Part shown: in pieces, positions 22,566-36,075 of the stretch
How positions within the stretch are numbered: position 1 is the stretch's first letter
How the letters are laid out: every line of letters begins with the position of its first letter
NCBI GenBank assembly: GCA_001643675.2
Contig: LSRY02000051.1
Span: forward strand, 372,001-436,000
Source of the DNA: Monocercomonoides exilis PA203
Lineage: Eukaryota; Protista; Preaxostyla
DNA length: 64,000 nt
Direction: 5' to 3'
Translations under genes and position numbers: made by a program
Notes under the pieces: model-generated
The model's input: only the letters and a program-made list of their open reading frames with translations
What the model was told of the DNA's origin: nothing
The model's database searches: none

Positions 22566-22954
22566 GGCATGATTTAAGAAAGGTGGGCAAAATATTTTTA
22601 TAAAAAAAATGGCAAAAAAGAGCACCCCTCCGGGTTCGAACCTTCGACTCACCAACTTGCAAGTTTGTTAGCAAGTAGCTGGTTCCGATCGTTTAGAGTG
22701 CTCTATTTTTCTAAACTTTTCTCACACAATTATTAATAACAAAACCCAAACCCTATAAATCCAATAAAGATCAAGTTTTTTCAAGAGCAAACACTAAAAG
22801 GAATAGCGGGAACAAAACCCTAAGCCCAAGAACTGTTACGCTAACCCTTCAACCTAAACCAAGCAATTAATACAGAGATTATTTTAGAATTTTGACCCAA
22901 AAATATAATAATACTGGGTCAGATCAATTTTGCCCACCTTTCTTAAATATTGCC
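22566..22954. mobile_element. Merlin-type MITE, copy 2 (direct orientation to copy 1)
   Basis: Same TIRs and internal sequence as 16186-16579 with scattered substitutions. Flanks CAAAATTG / TATATCTC do not form a TSD. Confidence 0.88.
22619..22704 (-). ncRNA. tRNA-like Pol III unit, copy 2 (A-box mutated)
   Basis: B-box, terminal stem and T-run identical to copy 1. The A-box is changed to TAAACGATCGG and there is one substitution in the central hairpin. Confidence 0.45.
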
Positions 22955-23264
22955 TATATCTCTGTGTACAAATGAGGAAATTTGATCTTGAAATGATGAA
23001 CGTGTTGTGTTAATCTTCCATATGTATTTATTTTCTTTTTTGTTTGTTTTTAAAACTGAATAAGAATTTTTTATTTTTTGTGACTTTGTTGATCGTTTTC
23101 TAAAACAGTTACACTTTTGCTTAAAGAAAAAATGGAAAGAAGTTGACATTAAAAGAATGATTAAGCTTTTTCAATATTATTGGTTATAAGTTATTATGAT
23201 TCTTAATAAATGAAAATATGATTATTTTTATAGAAAATCCAATATTTCTCACTTTGAAGTTGCA

Positions 23265-24240
23265 CGATTTTCGAGCAGAAATGGAAAAACAAGGAAATGA
23301 TGGACAGTTTTGGGATGAGTATAGAAGAACTGAGCTTCTTTGAAGTATGAAATTTTAAAAGAAAAACACAAGATGCTCAAAAAAAAAGAAACTGCAGTTG
23401 GAGAAAGCTGCAGCATTGCTGAAGAACATGGAATATTGTAAAGATGTGTCCGTCAAATGAAGTTATTGCTAAAGCAATTCTTCGTTGAACGGATATATTG
23501 TGGGAATTATAATTGAAGACAAGAAAAAAGAAGAAAAGAACGAAAAGCTGATGTGTGATCTTTGTGAATGCTATCAATTGTTTAACTGCAGGATTTCACC
23601 TGAATTTCTTCATATCATTGTGCATTGTCTTCTGAAAGCTGCATTGAAGAAAGTGGAAAGCTAGGAAGTTCTAAAAGATGTGGAAATAGTTTTTCTCGCT
23701 TTGAGCAATGCTGGACATTCCATGTGAATATTTCTATTTCCTTTTTGATATTTTTGCGTTTTTTCTAATTTATTGATAAGAATACAATTAAGAATTCTGT
23801 TATAATGAAATCAATGAAATTATCCAACATCATACTGAATTTCACAATCTCGCACAACCCGAGAATCGGTCAACTTATTTGGTTTGAAAAATTGTTATTG
23901 TTGAACGAAGGTTTGGATTGTTTAATTACAAATGAACTGCATATTATCAGAGTTGCAGAAAGAGATATAAAGAAGTCTCTGAGTACGCAGATTGTGAGAG
24001 AAAAGGAGAAACAACAAGCGAAGGAGAAAGAATGTAACAAATACAATCATTTGATGGATCAAAACAATGGTATTTTGGTATTTTGAATTTTGAATAATGA
24101 AAAAATTGGTCTCGTAAACGGTTTTGTTCAGCCTATTCGAGAGGAAAAGTATATCAATATTCATATAATCTTTCAATGCTTTAATTCCTTGGAAGAAAGC
24201 AAGAAGCGGAGATGTGAGTGATTAAACATTGTTGAATGAT
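23265..24240 (+). pseudogene. Decayed paralog of the multicopy family gene at 44245-45686
   Basis: Fragments LMCDLCECY, VHCLLKAALKKVES*EVLKDVEIVFLALSN and EIIQHHTEFHNL match LLIDLCEC, VPCLLKVALKKEESEKAQKEVEIALLALSN and EIIKYHQEHHNL. Stops and frameshifts present. Boundaries approximate. Confidence 0.75.
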
Positions 24241-24851
24241 GCAATCACTGCAATCTGCTCGTTTTATTTTTTATAATGAAAAAAACTTTCACTCGTTCAA
24301 AGTCACCCCACCACCACCACCACCTCCCCTCTCATAGACACATATGCAGTTGGTCATATTAAATATGATCAACGCCAGTTTATTATTTTTATTGTTCACT
24401 TTTTCATTTCTGAAATTTGCTGTATTTTTCTTGTGATGACAAAAGAGGAAATAATATTATGAATAAAGATATGCAATGTTTAACCGTTTTTCAAGTTGTC
24501 ACTTTTGTTGATCTTTCGTGGATAATGATTAAATAACAATAATGTTCAATAACATTTGAATACAGAACAAAATTTGAAGAAAGCAGAAGACATTCATGTT
24601 TCATTTTCAAATTTGGAAAATACATGAAATAGATGATTTTTTGTTTAATCACACGAAGAAAGAACTCAAGTGTGAAATGATCAAAAACAAAAATGGTCGT
24701 GTCGATTTCAATATTTTCAGTTATTTTTAATTCTTATCATCTCTTTTTTCTTCCTCAATTTTTTATATTTTTAACGTTATTTGAATTTATGTTTTCGTTT
24801 TTCATTTTTTCTATCTTCTGATCAATATCAACCTTAAAAATAAATTTATAT

Positions 24852-25322
24852 ATGCAAGGAAATAATGAAGTGGACATTGATGATTCGTCTGAAGACATTG
24901 AGCCTTTATTAAAGTATCATTTTATTCCACTTGATTTTATGTGCGAAATACGCGTTACAGCAAAGTGCATGACTCTTAATTCAAAGCAAATAGCTGTTGG
25001 ATCATCAGATGGACATGTGTATGTTCTGAGCAATCAAGGGACTCTATTAAAGACATATAAGCCAGCATCATCGCCAATAAATGCTTTATCAATTTCTGAG
25101 GATCATTTTATTGGAGTTGCTTCCGAAGAAGGACTTGTAGTTGTTATTGCACCTTCTGATGAAGGAATAGTTGTAAAACATCAATTTCCAAAGGGAGTGA
25201 ACGCAATTGCGTTGCATCCTAATTACGGAAAGCAAAAAGAATTCGTTGCTGGAGGTGTTGAAGAAAAACTGACATACACTTCAAAAGGTTAATTTTTATC
25301 CTTTTGGAGAATAATCATTCAT

Positions 25323-25361
<39 letters not shown>

Positions 25362-28300
25362 GCATGTTTCGAAATAACACTAAAGATTTATCTACAAATG
25401 ATGGTGAAATATTGAATATTCGATGGAATGGTCGTTATTTGGCATGGGCTACAACATTAGGACTTAGAATTTATGACTTTGAACGACAAGCACCAATTGC
25501 ACGCCTTACAATGTTTAATTCAAAACAACGTGCTCTTGCAAAATTATATCCATTTTGTCTATGTTGGCGGGGATTAAACGACTTATTTGTTGCATTCGGC
25601 AATCGCATGATCATGTACCGAATTCATGAAACACCAGATGAAAAAGGCCGACTTGCTTCAATTGTTCATCAGATGGATGGGTTAGACTTTTGCATCTGCG
25701 GAATAGCTCCATTTCTTCACCACTTAGCGATGCTGTGCAGCTACGAGCCATCAACTCCGACTGCTCCACGCAGCCCTCCTGAGCTGAGGATTGTCCGTCT
25801 GGACATTCTGCCGATCGGACGTGTTTCACTTGATGATGTGCTGCGTGCTGAGATGAGCTGCGATTCGCTGATTATCTCGCCGAGCTCTTCCGCCGAGCAG
25901 GCAGCACTCGGCACCTCTTCCTCAACAATAAGCGGCGTTCTCGACGACTCGCTGACTGTGCAGCCTTCTCCAATCTCTCAGCACTCCTCTTTCCGCCCGA
26001 AGGACATATCGCTCTACCACGTCGACGGGCTCATTAACCTGTTTGTCCTCTTCTGCGGCGGCGGGGCAGCTGGGCTTGCTTCCTCTGCGAACTCGCCGCA
26101 GTCTGTTGGAGGCAGCATCGTGTGTGGATCGCACATCACCACCGACGACCACGTAGGCTGGCTGATCTCGCGAGGGAGATATGCAGCTGCGCTGGAAGAC
26201 GCCGAGAAGGCGCGGAGCGGCGAGCTGAAGCGGACGACGGTGGACGACATTGTGTCGCGCTATTTGGATGTGCTGGTGAAGAAAGGGGACTGGCCGTCGG
26301 TGATTGCGCTGACTGAGAAGCACCTCCGCGGCAACGTGTCGCTTTTTGAAGGCGTCGTCTGCTGGCTCATCTGCATCGAGCACCTCGAGGCGCTGGGGGT
26401 GCTGCCTGTTTCTGAGCCACAGCTGGACGGGCGGGTGTACGAAATGGCGCTCTGCTACTTCCTCTGCAGAGACACAGCTCGCTTCAAGACAGAGGTGGGC
26501 AGGATTCCTTACCAGCTGTATGACCCAAAGGTTGTTCTCGCACAGATAGACGAGGTTGTGGACTTGTACAAGGACGTGGCTGCTGTCGTATCGGAGTTTC
26601 CACTTATTGACAGTATGCTATTGCTATTTTTCTTTTAATATGCTTTTTTTCCCCCTTTTTTTAATTAAATTAATCAACATTTCCATTTTTTCTTTGAATG
26701 AACTGTTCAATTGAACCAACCCTGTATATATACATTCATTCATTCATACATACATTCAAACATACACAGAAGGCGACCGTCATTCTGTTCCTCATTTCCA
26801 GAGCACATCTGACCGGATCTCCTTTCTGCAGAGTGTGACACAAGGAAGCATGACGCGGCAGCTGATTCTGAGTCGTTGTCTGAGCGAAGTGGCGATGCAG
26901 CTGAAGGAAAAGCGGATGGCACTGCAGGAAGAGTTTGTGGTGATCAATGCGATGTACCTGCTGCGCCTGGAGCGGATGCAGGAGATGGTAGAAGAAGAAG
27001 AAGACGATGATGATGAAGATGATGATGAAGATAACAGTGAAGAAGAAGAAGAAGGCAATGAAGCAAAAGGAGAGGTGACAGGAAGCAGAGACAGCAGGGG
27101 AGTGTTGAAAGAGACACAGACAGAACAATCGCCGACTGTTCTCAACACCCTTGAGACAGACAGAAGAGAGCACAAAAAGGAGGAGAAAGAGAAAGAGAAA
27201 GAGAAAGAGAAGAAGAAGAAGAAGAAGAGAGTGAAGAGCAGCCAGCAGCCAGCCCAGCCGTCTGCACAGAGTGGGATAGCAGATCTGTCAGCTGATGAGC
27301 ACCAGTTCATCCGCGACCAGATTGCGTTGGGTGCATTTGGAGGCATTCCACCTGGGCTGAGCGAGGCAGATCTGTCTGCCTATTCCCGCTATGCTGTCGA
27401 GGCAGAGCAGCGCCGGCAGCACGAGAGAGAAATGGAGCTGGAGAGAGAGAAAGAGAGGGAGGTGGAGCGGGCGAGGAGGCAGATGAAGCTCCCTGCGGCA
27501 CTGGCACAGGCACCGCTGGGGGGTGTTGGTGTGCCGTCGGGTGCATCAATACACTCAACATTGTCTTCGCTCTTCAGCTTCTCTCACATCAGCGCCTGCA
27601 ATTGCCAGCACCACACCCCACTGAATGGCAGACCCCTCTTCTCGTTTGCTTCGCCTGTCAAAAACAACAATTCATCTTCACTTGCTTCTTCTTCTGCTTC
27701 TTCTTCTCCTTTCTACGGTCTGCCTTCACGCAACTCTTCCACTTCATCCACATCCACATCCACATCCACATCTTCTTCATCATCTCCTTCATCATTCACT
27801 TCACGCACATCCACTTTGTCTTCTTCTTCTTCCTCTTTCTCTTCCTCCTCTTCTTTCCTCAGCTCTTCTCCTCTGACAGCTGTTGATGCAGACACGATGA
27901 CACTGCTGTCACTCGAGCTGCAGCGAAAGGAATACAAAGCAGCACAAGTCATTTTGTGGCTGATGGAAAAAGAGAGAGAGAGAATTCACACCGCTCTGCT
28001 TCATTGCAACAGGCTCATCCTCTTCTTTCAGCACCTCATTTCACTCTGGGTGAAGATCCCTCAGACAAATCAGACTTCTTCATCTGCATTTGCTTCCTCC
28101 TCTGCAGCAGCAGCAGCTGCTGATGGCTCAATCTCAGAAGGTGCAGAGAAAGAGAAAGAGAAAGAAGTGCTGGCAAAGGAATACGAAAAGAAGGAAACAC
28201 AACATTCTATTCTATCAACTGCCTCCAAACGAATGGGATCTTCATCTCCTCTTCCTCCCTCCCAGGCAGAGTCAATCGATGCCCTCAAGGCTAATCCCTG

Positions 28301-30149
28301 TCTCTTGGCTGAAGTGGTGACGCTGGTTGTGGTGCAGCTGGATGCGCTGCTGAGGAGCCTGACGAGTGCGAGGATGTCGCTGCTGGAGCAGGCAGGGCTG
28401 TGGCACGAGTGCTTTGCTGTGCAGGTGTGGATGGGAAACAAAGCAGTCTTCAACTCAATCAAACAGTACCCGTCGCGCACCCTCCCGCTCGTTGTGACAC
28501 ATTTGGCTGAGCTGTGGGAGATGGACGAGCAGATGACACTGAACATTCTTGTGCACACGAAGAGGGATGCTGCAAGAGACGAGAAGGAAACAGACAAAGT
28601 GAGTGGAGGCAGTGCTGTTGATGCCTCTGGAACAACAAGTCTTTCTGTTGAAAGTGGAGGAGACGAATACTACTTCAGTGTATTGTCTGCAGTGAATGCG
28701 CTGACAGGGGGAGTGGGCATTGTGAGTGGGCAGAGTCAGCTTCAACAGCAGCAGCAGCAGCAGCAGACGAGGAGTGTGGGGGCATCTCCTTCATCTGTGC
28801 GTGTGGGAGGTGTGGGAGGTGTCGGAGGTGTTGTTGGGCGTGCTGCTTCAAACAGCCTGGCGCCGTGGTTGAGAGAAGGCGAGTGTGGCAGAAGGGTGTT
28901 TGTCTATCTGCGGGCACTGTGGAATGTGCGGAGACAGCGCTGCAGTGGGTGGGAGGATGAGATGGTTGTGTTGTACTCCATTCACTGCCCAGCAGAATTG
29001 CTGGCATTTCTCACGGAATGCACAAGCTACAACGTGGGGAGGGCACTGAAGGTGTGTGAGGAGAGGCACTTTGTTGGAGGGATGGTTCATCTGATGCGGC
29101 TGATGGGGTCGAGACTGAGATCGGTGGAGCTGGTTGTGTTGGGAATAGGCGATGTGGCAAGTGCTGTGGAGATGTGCTTGTCCACTCCATCTGTCGCTGG
29201 CAAGCCAGTTCAGCCAGCAATCGCAGGCTCCTCAGCCTCTGGTGCATCTTCTTCTTCTTCTTCCTCTTCATCATCCTCCTCCTCCTCTTCTTCTTCTTCC
29301 CTCTCAAGAGAGGGCAGAGATGACCCGTCGGGTGATGCGATGATCCATCTGCTGTCGCTGTGCCTGTCACGAGAGGGGATAGCGCAGATGGTCAGATGTG
29401 GATGCAGAGAGACACTTGGAACGAGTGTGGTGCAGCAGCTGGTGAGGAAGTCGTCGGGGATGGGATTGGGATTGGGCAGAGAACTCACCTCTTTCCTGCA
29501 GTCTACCTCGTCGTCTTCTTCTTCTTCCTCCTCTTCTTCTTCATTATCATCATCCTTGTCTTCTTCTGATCTATCTTCTTCTCTCTCATCAGGTGCTGTC
29601 ATCCAGCAGGGTGTGGTGGATGCGCATCTGCTCATCCGCAAGATCCCCTCTGGCTGCATCATCCTTGGCCTGAAGCGTGCCATCATCTCCTTGTTGAACG
29701 AGTGGCGTCTCCACATGTCTGTCCTCTCGGCCTCGCGCACAGCAACAGAACAGGACAGCCGCAACGCTGTCTCCAATCTCGTGCGTCTCAAGAAAAGCGG
29801 ACTCAAAATCACACAAAGAGAGACTTGCCCCATCTGCGGAAGGAACCTGTTTGACAGCGTGCCGCCGCTGGGTGTCGCTCCTTCGATGGGCTCGCTGCCT
29901 TCTCTGCCTTCTCTGCCTTCTCCTTCTTCTTCGTCTGCCTCTTCTGAGTCTGCTCTTCAGCCAACACACATTGTGATATACATGTGTGGCCATGGGTGCC
30001 ATGAGCAGTGCCATTTGCGTGCGTTGGAAGAGAGACAGCAGTTCGGAATTGATCCAATGCCTTCTTCTGTTTCATATGCCTCTTCTCCTTCTTCTCAATC
30101 GGGTAATACAAAAAAAGTTAACATGTTTTGCTTTAGATGCATGAGTTAA
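24852..30149 (+). CDS. VPS41: Vacuolar protein sorting 41 (HOPS subunit): WD40 propeller, clathrin-repeat region, C-terminal RING-H2; exons 24852-25287, 25362-26612, 26770-30149
   Basis: EPLLKY, GSSDGHVYVL, IALHPNYG..FVAGG, GEILNIRWNGRYLAWA, DDHVGWL, YEMAL, and C-terminal CPIC..CGHGCHEQC..CFRC. GT-AG introns restore the frame. Confidence 0.88.
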
Positions 30150-30378
30150 ATCATACTTCAATGCAAAACATATCACTTCATAAATTATTGTCATATCTCC
30201 ATTTCTAAAGAAAGTACCTCTATTTTTTTTTCTTTTTAGCATCTCATCGTTTTCTTCACATCAAATTATTATTTTTTTTTTCTGTTTGAAATTGTGATGA
30301 TATTCCTTTTAAAGCTGTAATTTTGTTAAAATAATAATATTTATTGATCATTTCTTTGTTTTATTTTTTTACCTTCAA

Positions 30379-31356
30379 ATGATTCCAAAGAAATGCAAAT
30401 CAATTTTTTCAAAATGCATGATTGCTTTGCAAGTGATGTTTATGATCTTAGACCTTTGGACAGTTGGGTTCGTTGATACTTACACACTTTTCGGCTTTAC
30501 AAAAACAGGACGCTTGTGCCTTTTATTCTATTTTATCCCGTATTTTCTTATGGTGTGGTCATTTTTGTATACAATAATAATTGGGCCCGGATACATTCCG
30601 ATCAAATGGGGAGTAAATCCAAGTGTCCAAAGTTCTATTCCTCAACTTCGCGAATGTTCTTTTTGTGGAGGAAACAAAGTGCATCGTTCACATCATTGCT
30701 CAAAATGCAATCGATGCGTTCTTAGAATGGATCATCATTGCCCTTGGCTGGCAACGTGCATTGGTGCAAGAAACCATAAATCATTTGTTCTTTTTCTTTG
30801 CTACACTTTCTGCATAGGAGTACAAACACTCATCTTTGGATTTATATGGATGACTTTAGGCTTTTCTCAACAGGACATTGAAGTAATGATACATGGGGAA
30901 AAGGTTACAATGTATATTAGGGCTGGATTTGTAATATTTTCATTTATGTATGGAATGTTTTTCATTTTGTGCACTGGAGTGTTGAGCAGCCAGCATTTTG
31001 AAACATTCACCAGTAATGTCACCGGAATTGAAGCATTATCACCTTCTCGTTATCTCGATCCCGAATTTAAATCCAAAGGAATAAGAAAACATTTATACGA
31101 TCAAGGATCTCCATTGAAAAATATGAAATCGTTTATGGGGAATTGCGTGATTTTTTGGCTTATCCCAATTCCTCCACGTAGAGGAACTGAGGTCTTTGAT
31201 TGGGTTGAAGATTATGGAAAGTTTGAAGACATTGGAGATTCTGATGAAGAATTCGTTCGAACAAGAGCAGAAATGATTGTTGGGGAAAGAAAAGAAAATC
31301 AAAATTTACAGAATGAATCAGATTTCACATTTCCATACAAACGCGTCCTTCGCTGA
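30379..31356 (+). CDS. DHHC-type palmitoyl acyltransferase
   Basis: [41 protein letters not shown], four TM segments, NVTGIE (TTxE-like) and YDQG..KN motifs. Confidence 0.95.
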   Translation: MIPKKCKSIFSKCMIALQVMFMILDLWTVGFVDTYTLFGFTKTGRLCLLFYFIPYFLMVWSFLYTIIIGPGYIPIKWGVNPSVQSSIPQLRECSFCGGNKVHRSHHCSKCNRCVLRMDHHCPWLATCIGARNHKSFVLFLCYTFCIGVQTLIFGFIWMTLGFSQQDIEVMIHGEKVTMYIRAGFVIFSFMYGMFFILCTGVLSSQHFETFTSNVTGIEALSPSRYLDPEFKSKGIRKHLYDQGSPLKNMKSFMGNCVIFWLIPIPPRRGTEVFDWVEDYGKFEDIGDSDEEFVRTRAEMIVGERKENQNLQNESDFTFPYKRVLR

Positions 31357-31712
31357 AATATTATAGATATTTCCTTTTTCATCAAATTATTTTACTCCAT
31401 AGACTCGATGCCCCTTTTGCTATCCTCAGGAACTTTGTTCGGAAGAAGGAAAATATTAGAAAGACATATTCAAATAATTTTGTTATATTCGAATATTGAA
31501 AGAAAGAATGAACTTTGAGTAAGAAATAGAAAAACACAACTTAAAAATTAATAATTTTAATAATTTCAGGACAAATGAAGTTGCAAAAATATTATTATAT
31601 ATGTATTTTAATACTGCTATTATATGGAATTCTTTTGCTTTTTTTTCTTATTAATCAAAAAAATTTTGATTTGCAGTCTTATGGATCACATTATGGGTGA
31701 TCGAATCGGAAA

Positions 31713-34700
31713 ATGAACCAGTATGTGCCAACATGGAATACAACAGAAATAAAAGGTGCAGATTCAAGAATAAATACACATTCTGCAGTGTATTATAAAG
31801 GAACGATTTATCTTTATGGAGGACTTGCACCAAATCCTTCGATTATGTTATCCATAAATGCTGGTGTGCAATAAAAAACAATTGATAATCTATCTGAGCT
31901 AACGTTATCATCTGTAATATTTTGTATCCTTTTATGAACTTTTTTGTTTCAACTTCAAAGAAACCGGATTGGCAAAAAGTCGTCCTATCAAGCCTCCAAA
32001 ACGTTATGGTCACACTTCAAACCTTTATGGATCGCACCAAATTATATTTGGTGGTAAAGATTTTTCTGTCAGAGTCAATGATCTGTACGATTGTAACTTG
32101 GAAACAGGGAATACATCATTGATAAAACCAACTGGAACTGTTCCTTCGCCAAGGAGCCTACACTCAAGCGTAATATACAAAAATATGCTCGTTGTTTTTG
32201 GTGGCGTTGATGATAATGATAATTTGTACAATGATGTCCATGTATATCATTTTAGTGTGCAAAATTGAATTAAAAAAGTCTTTTTAATCATTTATAATTT
32301 ATTTTTTAGATGAAAAGCGATGGGAAAGGATTAAAACTAGCGATGGCGGAAACTCTGAGAATCAACCTCCTCCTGTATTTCTCCACAGCGCTGTGCTTTT
32401 GAACGGGAAAGATATGTATGTGTTTGGAGGGAGCAGACAAGTGAACAGAGGACATGTTATGAAGAGAGGCCTTCTAAACTCGCTCTACAAACTGGACTGT
32501 GAGAGCTGGGAGTGGAAGCTGATAAAGCCAACGCTCCTGACGATTGTCCGGGGTGATGACGCAGATCATCCGCCTGTCTCGCTGGAAGACCCACAAGATG
32601 TCTTCTTTGGAGGAAAAGCCATGCCTTCTCCTGTGCAGCACGACAGACAGAACTTTGGGGGGCTGTTCATTCCATCGCCGCGGTTTTCGCACTCTGCAGT
32701 GGCGTGGCGCAACAAGATGCTCGTCTTTGGCGGGGAAGGAAACGCAAAGCTGAATGATTTGTGGCTGTTTGACCCGCAGACTGAGCGATGGAGGCTGTTC
32801 TTCACAAACGGAGTGGCTCCTTGTCCAAGGTTTGTGCTGTCATTTCTGTTGAAGTCACGTTTTTTGGTTCATTTTCTAACTTCTGATTTATTTCTTTTTA
32901 ACAACTTATAAACTTGAATCATTTTCATTCTTTATTACTATATTTTTTGATTTTATCGCTTTTATTTCTGCATTTCATCAAAGAAATGCTCATGTATCAT
33001 TAGTGATTGGAGACACCTTATACATTCAGGGTGGGTGTGGCCATCGTCTTCTTCTGCCCCATCTGCACTGGCTGAATCTCGGCCAGTCGTTCTTCAATGC
33101 CGACAGCCCACTCGCCATCAACCCGAGCCATTCACTCAGCTCTCTCCACACACTTCCTCCTTCTCCTCCCCATTCGCCCTCAGAAGAGGTGTCCCCGCGC
33201 AGTCAGACGCCACCTGCTGACTCAACACTGAAGACAGCTGACGACGACGACAACGACGACGAAGAACTGCCGCGTCTGCCGCCATCGCCAATCCCTCTGC
33301 GGATAAGCGATGCTGTCTCAGACGTGCTGGGCATAGCACCTTTCCTCCCTTTTGTGACACTCCCGCCCATCGCCTTCCACCTCCCTTCACTCGCCCGCGC
33401 TGCTCCCGCTGGCTCCTTCACGCGCCACCCGCGGAGAATGAAGAAAGAGCAGATGAGCCATTTCCTTCTCCCTTTTCTGCCGAGCATATCTCATCTGCTG
33501 CTGGAGCAGGTGTCGCTCTTCAAAATCAGCATTCCGCAGGCAACTCATCCGCCTTCGTCGAAGCAGCTGTCGTTGGCACTGCCTTCCTTCAGCAGCACAC
33601 AAAACAGAGCATTTGGCTCAACCATCGCTGCTGTGCAGCACGATGCGCTGGAGTCGATGTGGGGGCCTTTTATGAAGTCGTCCTCTCGCTCAAAGAGGAA
33701 AGTGAAGGCTGGTTTGGACAGATTGACAGGAGAAAAGAGAAAGAGCAGCGAAACAAGTGAGCAGAAAAGGGACTCTGAGTATGAAACTGAAAATACTGTC
33801 AAAGAAATTGTGACTTCTTCATCTTCAACTAATACTGCAGACACTGAACAATCAAACACTCCAACATCTTCATCTTCATCTTCAACCTCTTCTGTCTCAA
33901 ATTCATCATCATCATCATGTTCTCCTTCCTCAATTCCTGCATACACAAGCATCGCTGGTGTTACACCATTTTCATTTGAATGCTCTTCATCATCATCATC
34001 ATCATCATCATCTTCTTCTTCTTCTTCCTCCTCCTCCTTCTCTCTTTCTCCCTCCATCTGCCCATTCCCCACCCCCGACGACACCCCAACAGCCCCTCAA
34101 ACACTCCTCTGCAGAGAGATTCTGATGCACGAGGCATTGAACGACTTTGGCATGAGCACATTCAACTTCTCCATTCTCTCACTTCTGAGTGACAGCAGCA
34201 CAGCGGACTTGGCACTTCACGTGACAATCAAAAAGACAAACGAAATTGGTGTGTTGATTTGATGATGTTCTGAATGTGTTTCTGAATGAATGCTTATTTT
34301 GATAATTGATTTTTTGTTTTTTCTGTGTATTTTTCAAATTAATATGATTATAATTTTAACTTGTCCTTCTATTTATTGATGACTTCTTTATCTCATCCAT
34401 TTCTAAACAGACACATTCTATTCCCCCGCAGCGGAGAAAGAGATCGCTCGCATCTTTGGCGACGTATCTGAAGATGCAAATGGCTCGTTTGTTGTTCTTC
34501 TCCACTCGTTTCTGGTGGAAGAGCGGATGCCTCAGCTGCTTTCATTCTGCACATCACGTGGAAAAGGAGAAGAACTCTGGGCACTTTGGAACGAATGTTT
34601 GTCAGACACAGGAAAGAACAAGGCATCTTCTGTGTCTGAGGATGGGATGATATCACAACTGGATTCTTTGGAATCAGATGATAATTCGCATACAGACACT

Positions 34701-35537
34701 TCTTCTTCTTCTACTTCTTCTTCTCTTTCTTCTTCTGTTTCATCGGCATCACAATCACAATCACCTTCACAATCATCATTTTCACCACAGTCATCATCAT
34801 CATCTTCTTCTTCTTCTTCTTCCTCATCCACACGCAATGACACAACAGCAGGCACCACTTCCCCTTCATCCTCTTCATCCTCTTCTTCCTCTTCCTCTTC
34901 TTCCACATTTTCATCTTCTTCCACAACCAGCACCTTCACCCGCTTCCACTCATTATGTGCCTCTCGTGAGTGCCAGTTCATATCCCACACGACTCCCTTT
35001 GTCTGCACCACACGCGCCTCGCTGGCTGTGCTGCTGGGCTATCTCTACAGCGACTGCCTCCTCCCTCTCCCGTTCATTCCTCCCCTTGCCACAGAACACA
35101 CTGCTGTTCGGCTGCTTCAATCAGAGGCAGAAAAGATAAAAGCGCAGATGAGGAGCAGCTGTTGTGACAGTGTGGGAGATAGCAGAGGGAAGAGAAGGAA
35201 CAAGCGAGTGGTGTCTGAAGAGGAGCTGAACTTGTTTGAGCTGTATTCGATGCGTGTGGATGCCAGCGCCACCTCCTCTCCCTTCCAGACACACACCACC
35301 CCTCCTTCACTCGACACTGCATTTCTGATAGCTCTGGTAGAGGTGCATCAATGGGGAAAAGCTTGGGATCTGCAGAGGATGAGGCAGCTGTGTGTGAAGA
35401 TGTTGAATGACAATGTGCAGCCATCGACGGTGGACAAGGTCATTGCCGCTGCCTCTGCTCTCAAACAGGACAGGCTGAAGAAGCAGTGGGCTGATTGGAT
35501 CTCTATCACAAGGAAGAGAGGGGTCTTTACCACTTGA
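31713..35537 (+). CDS. Kelch-repeat + BTB/BACK-like protein (LZTR1-like architecture); exons 31713-31863, 31961-32254, 32310-32829, 32984-34248, 34411-35537
   Basis: Six kelch-like units (HSAVYY..LYGG; RYGHTS..IFGG; RSLHSS..VFGG; HSAV..VFGG; RFSHSA..VFGG; RNAHVS..IQGG). Split BTB motifs TADLAL, LHSFLVEERMP, LLGYLYSD, RMRQLC. Canonical GT-AG introns keep the frame. Confidence 0.8.
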
Positions 35538-36075
35538 AAATTTCTTTTCTTTTTTTTTTTTAACTTTTTTATTTTTTATTATTTTTTGTTTTTTTGTGAT
35601 TGCGAAATGCGTTGTTCTGTCTACTGTTTCTCTAAATTTTTATTGCTGCGAAATATTTCTCAATTGTCTTTTTTGGTTTTTATTTGTATTATTTTGTTAT
35701 AAGTTAATGATTATTTTGGTTTTTTAAAACAAACTTTAAGTTTCTTAAAAAAGAACAAACAAATAAATTTTTTTTCATTTCATATGATTTTTTTTTAACA
35801 AAAAAGTGGCTCACCGTCTATGTTTTACTATAATTATTGAAATTGCGAAAACATTTTTCTCAATTTTAAAACAAGAGATAAAAAATCAGATAATAACATT
35901 CACAAAAGAAAAAATTGAAAATGATGAAATAACAATAAATTATAGAAATTAAAAATTATGCAATTCTAATATTTTTTTCCGCATATTATGCTTAAACAAC
36001 ATTTTTATTTTCTGAAAATGAAATTAAAATTCTTAATTATTTTTTATGTTGGTTTGTATTTGATCATAAGTTTTA

